DNA of 64,000 nt from an uncultured Chloroflexia bacterium (GTDB lineage: Bacteria > Chloroflexota > UBA6077 > JACCZL01), in contig CAVXYC010000027.1 of assembly GCA_963765765.1 (NCBI GenBank), positions 96,001 through 160,000 of the forward strand, written 5' to 3'. Positions 32,430 through 43,127 of the stretch are shown piece by piece. The position numbers and the translations under genes are program-made. The notes beneath the pieces are model-generated. The model was not told where the DNA came from and made no database searches. It saw only the letters and a program-made list of their open reading frames with translations. Within the stretch, counting starts at the first letter, position 1. Each line of letters opens with the position of its first letter.

Positions 32430-32535
32430 TTCACGCTCTGGTAGAGAGGCATGGCCCGACGCTGCCTCTCTACCAACATCAATCAGTTTCTGCCCGCTAT
32501 CGATTAACGCCACGCTCATCAGCACGGGAGGAGAC

Positions 32536-33579
32536 ATGGCTGATACAGAGGTCCGATTGCGCGTTGACGCGTACGGTGAATGGGCTGCCGCTCAAGGCGT
32601 ACCCATTCTTACGGGCCACTATGTGGAAGATCTCAACACCGTTGAGTTAGCCCCCTGGGAGATGATCGAGGGCCGCGGCGCCATCATCAATCTAACGGGC
32701 TCTGAGCAAACGTCCGGCGCTTATGTTGCAGAGATCCCTCCGGGACAGAGCCTCAAGCCACAGCGGCATCTCTACGAGGAGATTATCCACATCCTCAGCG
32801 GCCGAGGCGCCACGACCGTGTGGCAATCCGAAGACGGGGCGAAGCACTCCTTCGAGTGGGGTCCCGGCAGTCTGTTTGCCGTTCCGCTCAACGCGGCGTA
32901 TCAGATGCACAACGGCCAGGCCGGTGACCCAGTCAGGTTCGTGGCGGTTCACACCGCGCCGCTGTTGATGAACTATTTCCACAATCCCGACTTCATCTTC
33001 GCGAATCCATTCCGATTTAATGATCGCTTCGACGGTCGCGGTGACTTCTTCAGTGGAGACGGCCGGCACCTCGAGACCCGCAGCCTGGAGATCAACTTCC
33101 TCTCCGATGTCCGATCACTTGGACTCGAGACGTGGGTCGAGCGCGGCGGCGGCGGCACCTCGATGGGCTTTGAGCTCTCGAGCAACACGTTCGGCTCGCA
33201 CGTCTCCGAATTTCAACCGGGCAACTACAAGAAGGGTCATCGTCACGGCGGCGGCGCCCACATTCTGATCCTGCACGGAGAGGGCTACAGCTTGATGTGG
33301 CCGGACGACGAGGACTGGATCAAAGTGGACTGGAAACCCGGAGCATTCTTCTCTCCCCCGGACGTCTGGTGGCATCAGCACTTCAACGTCAGTGACGGCC
33401 AGGCTCGTTATCTGGCTTTTCGGTGGGGCAGCCGGAAATTCAGCATGCCGCGGCTCTTTCAGCCTGACAAACGCGTGGGCTCTGGCAAGAGTCAAATCGA
33501 ATACGAGGAAGAGGATCCGCGCGTCCGACAAATCTTTGATGAAGAGTGTGCGAAATGGAAGACCCGCGCGGGAAAGTAG
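32536..33579 (+). CDS. bicupin protein, paralog 2
   Basis: GGAGGAG RBS before ATG 32536; QRHLYEEIIHILSGRG and KKGHRHGGGAH...WHQHFN. Confidence 0.88.
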   Translation: MADTEVRLRVDAYGEWAAAQGVPILTGHYVEDLNTVELAPWEMIEGRGAIINLTGSEQTSGAYVAEIPPGQSLKPQRHLYEEIIHILSGRGATTVWQSEDGAKHSFEWGPGSLFAVPLNAAYQMHNGQAGDPVRFVAVHTAPLLMNYFHNPDFIFANPFRFNDRFDGRGDFFSGDGRHLETRSLEINFLSDVRSLGLETWVERGGGGTSMGFELSSNTFGSHVSEFQPGNYKKGHRHGGGAHILILHGEGYSLMWPDDEDWIKVDWKPGAFFSPPDVWWHQHFNVSDGQARYLAFRWGSRKFSMPRLFQPDKRVGSGKSQIEYEEEDPRVRQIFDEECAKWKTRAGK

Positions 33580-33659
33580 TGCCGTTTTCAATTTTGGCCG
33601 CGGCCTGCTAGAGTTGGATTCGGCAATGCGGGCCAATTGCTGCACCAAAGGAGTTCATT

Positions 33660-34736
33660 GTGACTGCAACCCCAATGCTTGGCCGTAGAAGTACCTACGC
33701 CAAATTTGTCCAGAGCGAAGGCATCCCCTTGATCGAGGGATCGTACATCGAAGACCTCAAGACTGTGGAAGTGCAGCCGTGGGCTCGTCGCGATGTACGC
33801 GGCGCCTACATCAACCACGACGCCAGTGATATCTCCAACGACTGTTACGTGATGGAGATTCCGCCAGGAAAAGAGAGCGCACCGCAGCACCAGATGTTTG
33901 AGGAGATGATCTACGTTCTCCAGGGACGTGGTGCTACCACCGTCTGGACGGACGGCGGCAAGAAGCATCACTTCGAATGGGGACCCGGCGCGCTCTTTGG
34001 GATTCCACTGAACGCGTGGCATCAGCACTTCAATGCGTCGGGCAGTGAGAATGTCCGATACCTCGGTGTCACCAGCGCTCCGGTATCGATCAACACCTTC
34101 GCAAGCACGGACTTCGTCTTCAACTGCGACTACAAGTTCACGGATCGTTTCACCGGTGAGGAGGATTACTTCAGCGGCAAGGGTACTCAGACCGGCATGG
34201 TCTGGGAGACCAACTTCGTCGCGAACGTTCCTGACTACGCGCTTCTGGACTACAAGGCGCGCGGCGCGGGCGGGCGGAACATCAAGTTCACGCTCTGCAA
34301 GAACCAGATGGGCGCCCACGTCTCCGAGTTCCCGGTGGGCACGTACAAGAAGGGCCACCGACACGGGCCAGGAGCGCACGTCGTCGTCATCGGCGGCGAG
34401 GGATACTCACTCATGTGGAAGCAGGGTGAGGAGATCAAGAAGTACGACTGGCACGTCGGCAGCCTGGTCATTCCCCCGGATCGAACGTTCCACCAGCACT
34501 TCAATGTTGGCGCATCACCCGCTCGCTATCTGGCCCTGCGCTTCAGTGGCAACACCGAGATGCTCACCTACGACCCCAACAATCTGCCCATGGGTCAGCG
34601 CAGCGTCAGCATTGGCGGGGACCAGTTCGAGTACGACGAGCAGGATCCGTACATTCACGATACCTTCGTGAAAGAGTGTGCCAAGCACGGCGTCGAAGTG
34701 AAGATGAAAGAGTTCCTGCCCGTCGGTAAAGCGTAG
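33660..34736 (+). CDS. bicupin protein, paralog 3
   Basis: AAGGAG RBS; QHQMFEEMIYVLQGRG...WHQHFN and KKGHRHGPGAH...FHQHFN. Confidence 0.88.
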   Translation: MTATPMLGRRSTYAKFVQSEGIPLIEGSYIEDLKTVEVQPWARRDVRGAYINHDASDISNDCYVMEIPPGKESAPQHQMFEEMIYVLQGRGATTVWTDGGKKHHFEWGPGALFGIPLNAWHQHFNASGSENVRYLGVTSAPVSINTFASTDFVFNCDYKFTDRFTGEEDYFSGKGTQTGMVWETNFVANVPDYALLDYKARGAGGRNIKFTLCKNQMGAHVSEFPVGTYKKGHRHGPGAHVVVIGGEGYSLMWKQGEEIKKYDWHVGSLVIPPDRTFHQHFNVGASPARYLALRFSGNTEMLTYDPNNLPMGQRSVSIGGDQFEYDEQDPYIHDTFVKECAKHGVEVKMKEFLPVGKA

Positions 34737-34762
34737 CCAGCACCTTTGCTTGAGAGTGCAAT

Positions 34763-34807
34763 ATGGGGCCAGTGGAGGGCTATATGCCTGCCACTGGCCC
34801 CATTTTT
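34763..34807 (+). terminator. intrinsic terminator closing the cupin operon
   Basis: ATGGGGCCAGTGG/CCACTGGCCCCAT 13-bp stem followed by TTTT. Confidence 0.8.
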
Positions 34808-35705
34808 ATTTCGCCCTGCGCGCCTCTAACTCATCAAGTGTCTTCGGCCAATCGCCCTTGAGTAATCGGGACAGGCCTCGATCCGCGAGGAGCTTTCCGC
34901 CGGTCTGGCACCGGGCGCAGTAGTTACACTCATTCTCTGCGTAGACGATTCGCTGCACGGGCGCGCCGCAGTCCGGGCAGGGCTTACCGTATCGGCCGTG
35001 GACCGCCATCTCCGCCCGAAATGCCGTCACCTTCTCAGGGAGACCATCCCCAGCTTCAGCGCGCAGCCGCTCCAGCCAGAGCTGAAGCGTCACCAGGGTA
35101 GCATCGAACAGCCTCTCGATCTCCTCATCCGTCAACTGACGCGTAAGACGAATTGGGGAAAGGCGTGCACGATGAAGAATCTCATCCGAATACGCGTTCC
35201 CGATCCCGCTGAAGAGATCAGGATCGGTGAGCGACCGCTTGACTGTGTGGCTCTCTGAGCGCAGCACTTCGGCAAACTCAGCGAGGCTTGACTCGAGTAC
35301 CTCCAGACCGCCCCGATCGAGCTCTGCCAGGCCACTGGCGCCTCGCACGACGTGAATGGCCGCGCGTTTTTTACTGCTGGCCTCGGTCAGCGTCATGGTA
35401 CCCGAAGCGAAATCGAATGCTGCGAGTCCGATCTTTCCAGGGACCTTAGCTCCCGGCTCCTTCCAGTGGAGTCGACCGGCGATCATCAAATGGATCGAAA
35501 GATACAGATCGTTGTCGAAGCCGAGCACGATCTGCTTGCCAAGCCGCTGCACGTTGACGAGCGTGGCGCCCTCAACCGCGTGGATGGGCGGATCGAAGGT
35601 CCGAACGAGGAACGGACTGGCAATGCGTACTTTGTTGAGCACCTGCCCGCCAGCCAGTGACTGGATGCGCTCAACGTAAACGGCGACGTCCGGCAGCTCA
35701 GGCAT
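34806..35705 (-). CDS. mutM: Fpg/Nei family DNA glycosylase
   Basis: N-terminal PELPDV, HLMIAG, GIGNAYSDE, CPDC...CARCQ zinc finger. Confidence 0.88.
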   Translation of the reverse strand: MPELPDVAVYVERIQSLAGGQVLNKVRIASPFLVRTFDPPIHAVEGATLVNVQRLGKQIVLGFDNDLYLSIHLMIAGRLHWKEPGAKVPGKIGLAAFDFASGTMTLTEASSKKRAAIHVVRGASGLAELDRGGLEVLESSLAEFAEVLRSESHTVKRSLTDPDLFSGIGNAYSDEILHRARLSPIRLTRQLTDEEIERLFDATLVTLQLWLERLRAEAGDGLPEKVTAFRAEMAVHGRYGKPCPDCGAPVQRIVYAENECNYCARCQTGGKLLADRGLSRLLKGDWPKTLDELEARRAK

Positions 35706-36042
35706 CTGTCACTTTCACGTTGCTGGGCAGCCACTCATAGACGCTCAAATCGCACCGACCTCGTGGGTCGAACAGGACTCCCTCCACTTCCAGCATCGAC
35801 CGACGATGGGCGCCCTCGGTAGTGCTCGCATCGCCACTGACGGCGCCGAATCGATTGATCACTCGATGCGCCGGCACGTCTTCCGGACACACGGCCATTG
35901 CCCACCCAACTTCTCGCGCTTTTCGCGGATCGCCCAGCAGGCGTGCAATTGAGCCATAGGTAATGACTCGGCCTTCCGGAACGCGCCTGACGAGGCGGTA
36001 AACCTGTTCGTTAAATGACGGCCTCGTCGCTGGTGTGTTCAG
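35698..36042 (-). CDS. alkyltransferase-like (ATL, MGMT family) protein
   Basis: Frame open upstream of the tracked ATG: FNEQVYRLVRRVPEGRVITYGSIA...AREVGWAM...VPAHRVIN; start non-canonical or frameshifted. Confidence 0.8.
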   Translation of the reverse strand: MNTPATRPSFNEQVYRLVRRVPEGRVITYGSIARLLGDPRKAREVGWAMAVCPEDVPAHRVINRFGAVSGDASTTEGAHRRSMLEVEGVLFDPRGRCDLSVYEWLPSNVKVTDA

Positions 36043-36524
36043 TGCAATCGTGCATATGTTGCCACTTCCACATTCGAGGGAAACCCAACCCCTGCAGCAG
36101 CCCTTCGCGTTATAGCAGTTGATAACGATGCGTACTGCGCCGCGGAATGGAAAAGTGGCGACTCCCGGGAAGACGGGCTGCCGAGACGCTCATCACAGTG
36201 TTCGTCCTCACGAGGAGCGACCGTTGGTTGGTCAGGCATTCGCCATTGCGCTCAAGGATGGCCAGGGCATCGTAAGCGCCCCGCAACACGTGACTCCAGA
36301 GCGAGCACGTGGCCTTCGTTCGCGCAAGCCGAACCGATGTCTTACTGGTTTAGTTCAACCTCGCGCTAGCCTTTGCATGCGAGCGGTATGAAGCCAGCGT
36401 CGCCCTTGAATGATTTGGTCGAGCCCCGCTACGCTAGGTCGAGTTAGGAGGAAACTTGGCGTGCCAGCAGTTGGTCAATATTGAGTTAGGGTTAAGCCGG
36501 GCAATGAATTACTGATGACTGCGC

Positions 36525-36567
36525 AAAAAGAAAAAGCCACGCGCGAGCGACTTTCGCCGCGTGGCTT
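36525..36567 (-). terminator. intrinsic terminator
   Basis: AAGCCACGCG/CGCGTGGCTT stem, then TTTTTCTTTTT on the minus strand. Confidence 0.75.
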
Positions 36568-36589
36568 CCGTATGGAGACTCGTTTGCTG

Positions 36590-37392
36590 TTCACGATACG
36601 CTGAGAAACATGGTATGCCCACAGCACCTCGGCGATCTTCTGCGTCAAATCTCCTCGCTGCCTGCGTTTGTCGCGTCCGTAAAGGTACAGGACTGAAACC
36701 GACGTTATTATTTTGCTGCACGATGCGGTGATGGAGCATGAGCTGATCCTTTCCATCACAGTCGTTGCAGGCGCTGAGCGCCGAAGTCTGCTCGACCATA
36801 TTCTGGATATCGAATTTGAATGAGCCCTTCCGCTCATCACGAGCCGCTTGCTCGGGAAAGCGCTCATTTTTCGACGTCTCATCCTTAAAGAGCTGCTTGG
36901 CCTGATCGGCAGTCTTCGTCACGTAGACGGTGTGATCGATAACTCTCGGTCCCAGCGTGTCCGCTGAGCCGGTATCGTCTCGGCGCTCATATCGACCGCG
37001 TGCCCAGGTGCCCTTATCGTCAGCACCGTCTTCAAATCGGTACTGAGTTGCTTCCTTACCAGCATCCGCAAGTTTGAAGACGAGATCCGTAGCTGGGCCC
37101 GTGTAAAGGCCAGAGCCCGTCTGACGGGGCGCAGGCGACGATGGAGCTGACTCAGACTGCGCTGCGGGGCAGACTCCTGGGTGACAACGGGCGGATTTAC
37201 GGGCCGACACTCGGGAAGTGCAGCGTTATCCTTGTCTTCGCAGTCGACCTCGTTACTTGTTTCGACCTTCTTCTTTTCGTCGCCGTCATCGGCCCAGACC
37301 GGTCCAATGAGCGACAAGCCCAGAAGCACTGCGAAGAATAATGATGTACGTCTACCAAGGAAGTTTTTTCTCAAGCGATTAGGACCTCTCAT
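36590..37392 (-). CDS. hypothetical secreted protein, at least two frameshifts
   Basis: Signal peptide (LFFAVLLGLSLIGPVWA-DD) continues through frames 36509..37210 and 36475..36882; 3' end approximate. Confidence 0.55.
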
Positions 37393-37680
37393 ATCAGGGT
37401 TGCATTCAGGGAGGCGTACCAGGCGGAGATACGAGCCCGCTAGTTTCCCCGAGCAGTTCAACGACTCACAACGATAACGGTTGCGTCGCATGATGGCCTG
37501 GAACTTAACTCGTCGAGATTCCTGAGGATGAGTCCTGAAGAGGGGAACCCCTTCATCAAGCGAGCTAGTAAGAGGTGGGGTCTCGTCAAACTCAGTGCGG
37601 AATGCCTAATCCCAATGACTGCGCGATGTCCGCGGCGAGGACCAACAGCGAGGCCCGCGCCAGAATATTTCGACGGGACG

Positions 37681-38223
37681 TCAACCCTCGGGCGGGGTGA
37701 GAGCCGCCACGAGGCGCGGAATCGTATCCACGGCGGGGGCCGGCGCTCCTGGTCTATCCAGGTCATGGAGCAAACGCTCCAGTCTCGCCCGCACGAACGT
37801 CTGCTCTTCGAGTGAATAGAGCGGCGATGAGATCTCCGATTCCAGGGAGCGGAGGCGCCAGGCCATCCGTTGCCCCGGATCATCTCCGAGAGTCGCGAAC
37901 GCTCCATCAATGTCGCGAATGACCGCTCGAACCGCGCCGTTGACCGCTCCGAGCTGCACGTTTACGTCTCGACGGGAACGACCGTCTGCATCGGGGGCGC
38001 TATGCTGGAGCATCACTACCCCCCAGTCCTTGAGTGCGTCAACCGCCGAGTGATTTAAATTCTCCGCAAGTGAGTCATCCGACCGAAGCCGTTGCGAGAG
38101 CAGATCGATTTCCGCATTCACATCAGCGTCTGTGGCGGTCTCTTCGTCTCCCGGTCTTGAACGACCGAGCAGAGAGTCGATGAATCTCCAGGGGAATACC
38201 GGGCATGGACTATCCAGCCTCAA
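37681..38223 (-). CDS. hypothetical protein
   Basis: 180-aa ORF overlapping the ABC transporter stop. Confidence 0.55.
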   Translation of the reverse strand: MRLDSPCPVFPWRFIDSLLGRSRPGDEETATDADVNAEIDLLSQRLRSDDSLAENLNHSAVDALKDWGVVMLQHSAPDADGRSRRDVNVQLGAVNGAVRAVIRDIDGAFATLGDDPGQRMAWRLRSLESEISSPLYSLEEQTFVRARLERLLHDLDRPGAPAPAVDTIPRLVAALTPPEG

Positions 38224-40162
38224 CAGTTTCGAGCGCCGCTCGAAACTGAGTCTCGTAGAGCCGCGAATACAAGCCCCCCTGGAGTATCAGCTCCGCATGC
38301 GATCCACGTTCCACGATCCGTCCATGGTCCAGCACGAGGATGGTGTCGGCTGCCAGCACAGTGCTCAACCGGTGGGCAATCACGAGGCTGGTCCGGCCGA
38401 TCATCACCCGGCTAAGCGCATCACGGACCAGCGCTTCCGATTCAGAATCGAGATGAGCAGTTGCTTCATCAAGTACCAGGATGCGTGGATCCTTGAGAAT
38501 GACGCGCGCTATCGCCAGTCGTTGTTTCTCACCACCGGAAAGACGATAGCCTCGTTCGCCGACGATGGTCTCAAATCCTTCTGGAAGACCGGCGATGAAA
38601 TCGTAGATGTTGGCAGAGCGGCACGCCTCCTCTAACTGCGCGTCTGTCGCCACGGCGGAGGCGTAGAGCAGGTTGGAGCGGATCGAGTCATGGAAGAGAT
38701 AGGTCTCTTGCGTCACCATGCCGACCTGATTCACCAGTGATTCGAGCGAAACATCACGCAGATCATGCCCGTCTAGGAGGATCCGTCCGCGAGTTGGGTC
38801 GTAGAGTCGTGGAAGGAGGTAGGTCATGGTGGTCTTACCCGCTCCGCTCGGCCCCACGAGCGCAACGAGCTGCCCGGGCAGCATGTCAAAACTCACGTCC
38901 TGAAGTGCCCAACGGGTTTCACCCGGCTCCGTGGTCGCGATCTCCTTCTTCGGGCGTGGGCCACTCAAAGGCACATCCTCGACATGCCCACGTCGGCCTC
39001 GATTTGGTGCCGTTGAAAGCACGGCAAGCCGTGCCGATGCTGGAGGCTCAGAGTAGCTAAACCAGACGTGCTCTAGCTGGACTCGACCCTCCGCTTGCGT
39101 CAGCTCTATGGCATCGGCGCGCTCCTTTATCTCAGTTGGCAGATCGAGCACCTCAAAAACACGCTCGAAGCTCACGAGCGACGTCGCAAACTCAACACGC
39201 GCATTCGTCAGTGCGGCAAGCGGTCCATAGAGCTGTCCAAGATATGCGCCAAAGGCCACGACGGTACCTATGGTTAACGCATCCGTCAGAACGAAGTAGC
39301 CCCCAATCCAGAAGACGACCGCCATCCCCACTGCACTCACCAGACTGAGACCAAGGAAAAACCAACGGCCAATGAGAGCGGAACGGATGCCGATGTCTCG
39401 AACTCGCTCAGCGCGCTCAGCAAATCGTTCGGTCTCGGCGCGCTCTCTCCCGAATAGCTTGACGAGTAGCGCACCGCTCACGTTCAGAGTCTCATTCATG
39501 AGCGCGTTCATCTGAGCGTTGAGACCCATGCCTTCACGGGTCACCCTGCGTAGCACCTGTCCCACACGCCGAGCCGGAAGCACGAAGAGTGGCAGCAGTA
39601 GAACGCCTGCAAGCGTGAGGCGCCACTCCAGCGTAATCATGATGGCGAGTGCGGAGACCACCGCGATCAAGTTCGAGGCAATGTTGACAAGCGTGCTTGT
39701 GACAGCCTGCTGCGCGCCAACTACGTCGCTATTGAGACGAGCCATGAGCTCACCAGTCTTGCTCTCGGTAAAGAAGCGCAGCGACATCCGCTGCATATGG
39801 CCGTAGACGGCCTTACGCAAGTCAAAGATGATCCCCTCACCGATGCAAGAGCCCAGGTAACGCTGCCACACTCCCAACAGCCCAGAAATGACCGGTACGA
39901 GAACCATGCCTAGTGCCAGTAGGTTCAATTGGCGGAAGTCTCCCGAAGGAAGAGCGTGATCGATGAGCTGGCGAATCAGGAGAGGAGGAACGAGCGAAAG
40001 CAGCGTGATGGCCACGATAGTGGCAAGCATCACAGCAACGCGGACACCGTACGGTCGTGCATAGGCTGCCACTCGGCGAAGGACAGCGCGATTGACTACA
40101 GGTTGATCGCGCTGGTCATCGTAGCCGAGGAATGACCACCAGCCGCGATCTAAGGACATCAT
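38210..40162 (-). CDS. fused ABC exporter (permease + ATP-binding)
   Basis: GPSGAGKT, LSGGEKQR, LVLDEAT, IAHRLST; N-terminal TM domain. Confidence 0.93.
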   Translation of the reverse strand: MMSLDRGWWSFLGYDDQRDQPVVNRAVLRRVAAYARPYGVRVAVMLATIVAITLLSLVPPLLIRQLIDHALPSGDFRQLNLLALGMVLVPVISGLLGVWQRYLGSCIGEGIIFDLRKAVYGHMQRMSLRFFTESKTGELMARLNSDVVGAQQAVTSTLVNIASNLIAVVSALAIMITLEWRLTLAGVLLLPLFVLPARRVGQVLRRVTREGMGLNAQMNALMNETLNVSGALLVKLFGRERAETERFAERAERVRDIGIRSALIGRWFFLGLSLVSAVGMAVVFWIGGYFVLTDALTIGTVVAFGAYLGQLYGPLAALTNARVEFATSLVSFERVFEVLDLPTEIKERADAIELTQAEGRVQLEHVWFSYSEPPASARLAVLSTAPNRGRRGHVEDVPLSGPRPKKEIATTEPGETRWALQDVSFDMLPGQLVALVGPSGAGKTTMTYLLPRLYDPTRGRILLDGHDLRDVSLESLVNQVGMVTQETYLFHDSIRSNLLYASAVATDAQLEEACRSANIYDFIAGLPEGFETIVGERGYRLSGGEKQRLAIARVILKDPRILVLDEATAHLDSESEALVRDALSRVMIGRTSLVIAHRLSTVLAADTILVLDHGRIVERGSHAELILQGGLYSRLYETQFRAALETVEAG

Positions 40163-40267
40163 AGTGCGATTATACGGACGGCGGGCGGTGATCCGACGTG
40201 GGGCGACTGAAGTCTATCCCTGCTGTCAATCGCCTGCTGTCGATTCTCCGTCCCGTCCGTCGTGACG

Positions 40268-41377
40268 CTACTTGAAGAACGCCTTGTCGAAGATTTCGAT
40301 GTACTCGTTGTTGCGAGAGATCTGGTCGGGCGTCCGCCTGCTCGGGTTCACTTCGTTAAACGGCGGTAGGCCGGCAGACGGCGCGACACCTGGCAGCGCG
40401 GGATGCGAGTAGAGGTTATCCGTCATAGAACGCTGCCCGTCAGGCGAGGTCAGCCAGCTCACCCAGAGCTTGGCCGCATCCAGAGACGGGCCGTTTTTCA
40501 CAACGGCAATGGTGCCCGTCAGTACGGTAGAGCCACCGTCTCGTAGGTACTCCACCTTCACCGGGGCAGCCCGTTCCAGGTCGAACCATTCCCGCGTCGT
40601 TCCCAGCGGCAAGAACATGGCGTACTCGCCTCGGGCAATCTGGTGTGGGGCGGCGTCGCGGTCACGAACGAATGTCGGCTCTTGCCCTTTCAGCGCCTCC
40701 AGATAGGACTGCCCCGCTTGCTCGTAGATCATCGTGAAAACGTCAAGTCCTGGTCCGTTGGCGCGCGGATCCTCGAGAAGAATCTTTCCCTTACCCTTCC
40801 AGAACGGATCGAGGAGGTCTTCCTTCTTCATCGGGACCTTATCCGCCGGCACCAACTGCGTGTTGTAGATGTAGCCGAATAGGCTCTCCGTAGTAGCCCA
40901 ACGCACGCCGCCTGAGGTCAACGGAATCTCTGGGAGCTGCGAGGCCGTTGGGGGGCCCTCCCATTGCTCCAACATGCCCTGCTTGTCGACCGTGGTCATT
41001 GTTGTCTGGCCGTGGCTCACAACGTTGGCTATGAGCTTGCCGCTCGCTGCCTCTGCCTGAACACGCTGGATCATTTCGGGACCGCGCAGCAGGACCGTCT
41101 CGATCTCGATCTTGGGATAGTATTTGTGGAAATCTTTGACGATCTCATCGTACTCGGACCCGGTACCGCCATAGTGTGAGACCTTCACTCCACCCGATGC
41201 CTGCGCCTTCGTGTAGAAGTCGTCCAGCTTGGCCTTCACATCCGGGGAGTTGACGCTGGCAGACCCTCCACCGCTGGTGGAGGCGTTTCCTGGGGCAACC
41301 GCCCCACCGGAGCAAGCGGCAAGGACGACGGCCGCGAGTGCGATCCAGGTTAGCGCCGCGACACGATTCACGAGCAT
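40268..41377 (-). CDS. extracellular solute-binding lipoprotein (Fe3+/thiamine-like SBP family)
   Basis: Lipobox VLAAC; YNTQLVP, DLLDPFWKG, AAKLWVSWLTSPDGQ. Confidence 0.85.
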   Translation of the reverse strand: MLVNRVAALTWIALAAVVLAACSGGAVAPGNASTSGGGSASVNSPDVKAKLDDFYTKAQASGGVKVSHYGGTGSEYDEIVKDFHKYYPKIEIETVLLRGPEMIQRVQAEAASGKLIANVVSHGQTTMTTVDKQGMLEQWEGPPTASQLPEIPLTSGGVRWATTESLFGYIYNTQLVPADKVPMKKEDLLDPFWKGKGKILLEDPRANGPGLDVFTMIYEQAGQSYLEALKGQEPTFVRDRDAAPHQIARGEYAMFLPLGTTREWFDLERAAPVKVEYLRDGGSTVLTGTIAVVKNGPSLDAAKLWVSWLTSPDGQRSMTDNLYSHPALPGVAPSAGLPPFNEVNPSRRTPDQISRNNEYIEIFDKAFFK

Positions 41378-41573
41378 CGACTCTCTCCCTGTCCCCTCCG
41401 TCTGGAGGACGACACTCAGTGATGCTAGCAATGACCCGTGTCAAGGTTGAAGTATTTCAATAGCGGGCGCGAAGCGATTTTGGAGTGCGTCACGGAGGGT
41501 GATTGTCATTGGCCGTTTTCGCCACCCGCCCACCCGGTCTTGCTCCAAGTCGCCGTGCAGGCAATGCTCGAGC

Positions 41574-43126
41574 TTAAGCTCGGCCTCGGACGAGACTTAC
41601 CAGGGACCCAAGGTCTTCCGACTTGAGAATCGCCGACACTCCGAAGTAGACGATTGCGCCGAAGGCGCAAATGCCAACCAGGAGCAAGGCCTGCATCTGG
41701 CTCGAGGCTGCTGAAAATCCACCGAACACGAGATTAGGCAGTGCCCAAATAGCCAGAGCCATCATTGCGCTGGCAATGAGAATGCGCGCCAGGCCACCCC
41801 ACAGCGTAGACATCGGCAATCCACCCACCCGCCGAGCCAATAGCCAGAGCAGTAGTGCCGCCTCCGTCAACGCGGCGAGTGAGTGAGCCAACGCCAGCCC
41901 ACGATAATTGAGCTCGGTATTCATCAGGAGCAGGCTGAGTACGATGTTGAGCAAAATCGCGCCAACGGCCACGGTTACAGGCGTGCGGGTGTCATGGTTT
42001 GCATAGAAGACACGATCGACAATCTCAACGGACGCGTGACCGGCGAGTCCGAATTGAATAAAAGACAAGTGCACCCGCGGTCATCGTTGTTGAAAGGGCT
42101 GTAAATTCGCCACGCTCGAAAAACAGCTTGATCACGGGCTCAGCAAGCACCATCAACCCCACACTAGCGGGAATCGTCAGAAAGAGAATCATCCGAAGAG
42201 CGAGGAGAAAGAGATCCCGAACGGATTCAGTGTGCTCCAGAGCGCTCTCCTCGGCCAGCGTTGGAAACACCGCGGTTGACACGGCCATCGCGAGCACCAG
42301 CGGACTCATAAGGAGTGTCCAGGCCACATTCAAATACCCGATGCTGCCCGAGATTAGGATGGACGCAAGCACAACATTCACGAGAAGGTTGATCTGGACC
42401 ACGGCCAGTCCGAGCATGCGAGGCAGCATCAAACGGCCAATCTCGCGGAGCCCCGGATGGTGAATCTGGAACGCCGGGCGCAGACGCATGCCGAGGGAAT
42501 AGAGTCCGGGCACCTGCACCAGAAGATGTAGGAGCGCACCTACCGCGACACCGACCGCCACGCCCTCGATACCAAAGGGGCGAAGCAAGACAGCTCCCAG
42601 AATGATGCTCAGGTTGTAAGCCACGGGAGCAAGGGCAGTGATGGCGAAACGCTGGAACGAGTTGAGCACGCTGGTTGCAAAACCGCTCACGGCGAACAGA
42701 GCCGGTGAGACCAGCATGATACGCATGAGGTCAGCGGTCTCCTGCTTCAACTCAGCGTCAAATCCTGGAACGATGAGATCCGCTAAGCGCACGGGCCACA
42801 ATGGCCATGAGTATCGCCACGGGGATAGTGATGGCCACCGCCACGGTCATCGCCGTTCGAGCCAGCCTAAACCCGTCGTCCAGTCCATCGCGGGCGATAT
42901 AGGTCTTAAAGACAGGAATGAATGCCGAGCCCACGGCACCTCCGGCAAGCACCTGGAAGATGATGTCCGGTACCGTGACCGCCGCGACGTAGGCCTCGAA
43001 TTCTCGTCCGGTGCCGAACTGATTCAGGATGACCATGTTGCGGACGAGACCGAGCAACCTACTGGCCAGGAATCCGGCCATCACCACGAGTGAGGCCACA
43101 GCCAGCTTGTTCATCCCCGACTTCAC
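41574..43126 (-). CDS. murJ: lipid II flippase MurJ, two frameshifts near 42795 and 42065
   Basis: SRLLGLVRN, AFIPVF, LFFERGEF, FYANHDTRTPV, GLALAHSLA across three frames. Confidence 0.88.
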
Positions 43127-43127
43127 G

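Noticed and set aside
32194-32535. N-terminal 114 aa of the tracked ORF 32194..33579
   Set aside because: Overlaps the eutA-like gene in another frame; the real start is ATG 32536 after a GGAGGAG RBS.
36446-36515. AGGAGG followed by a 19-codon TTG ORF (MACQQLVNIELGLSRAMNY)
   Set aside because: SD spacing is only 4 nt and there is no other support.
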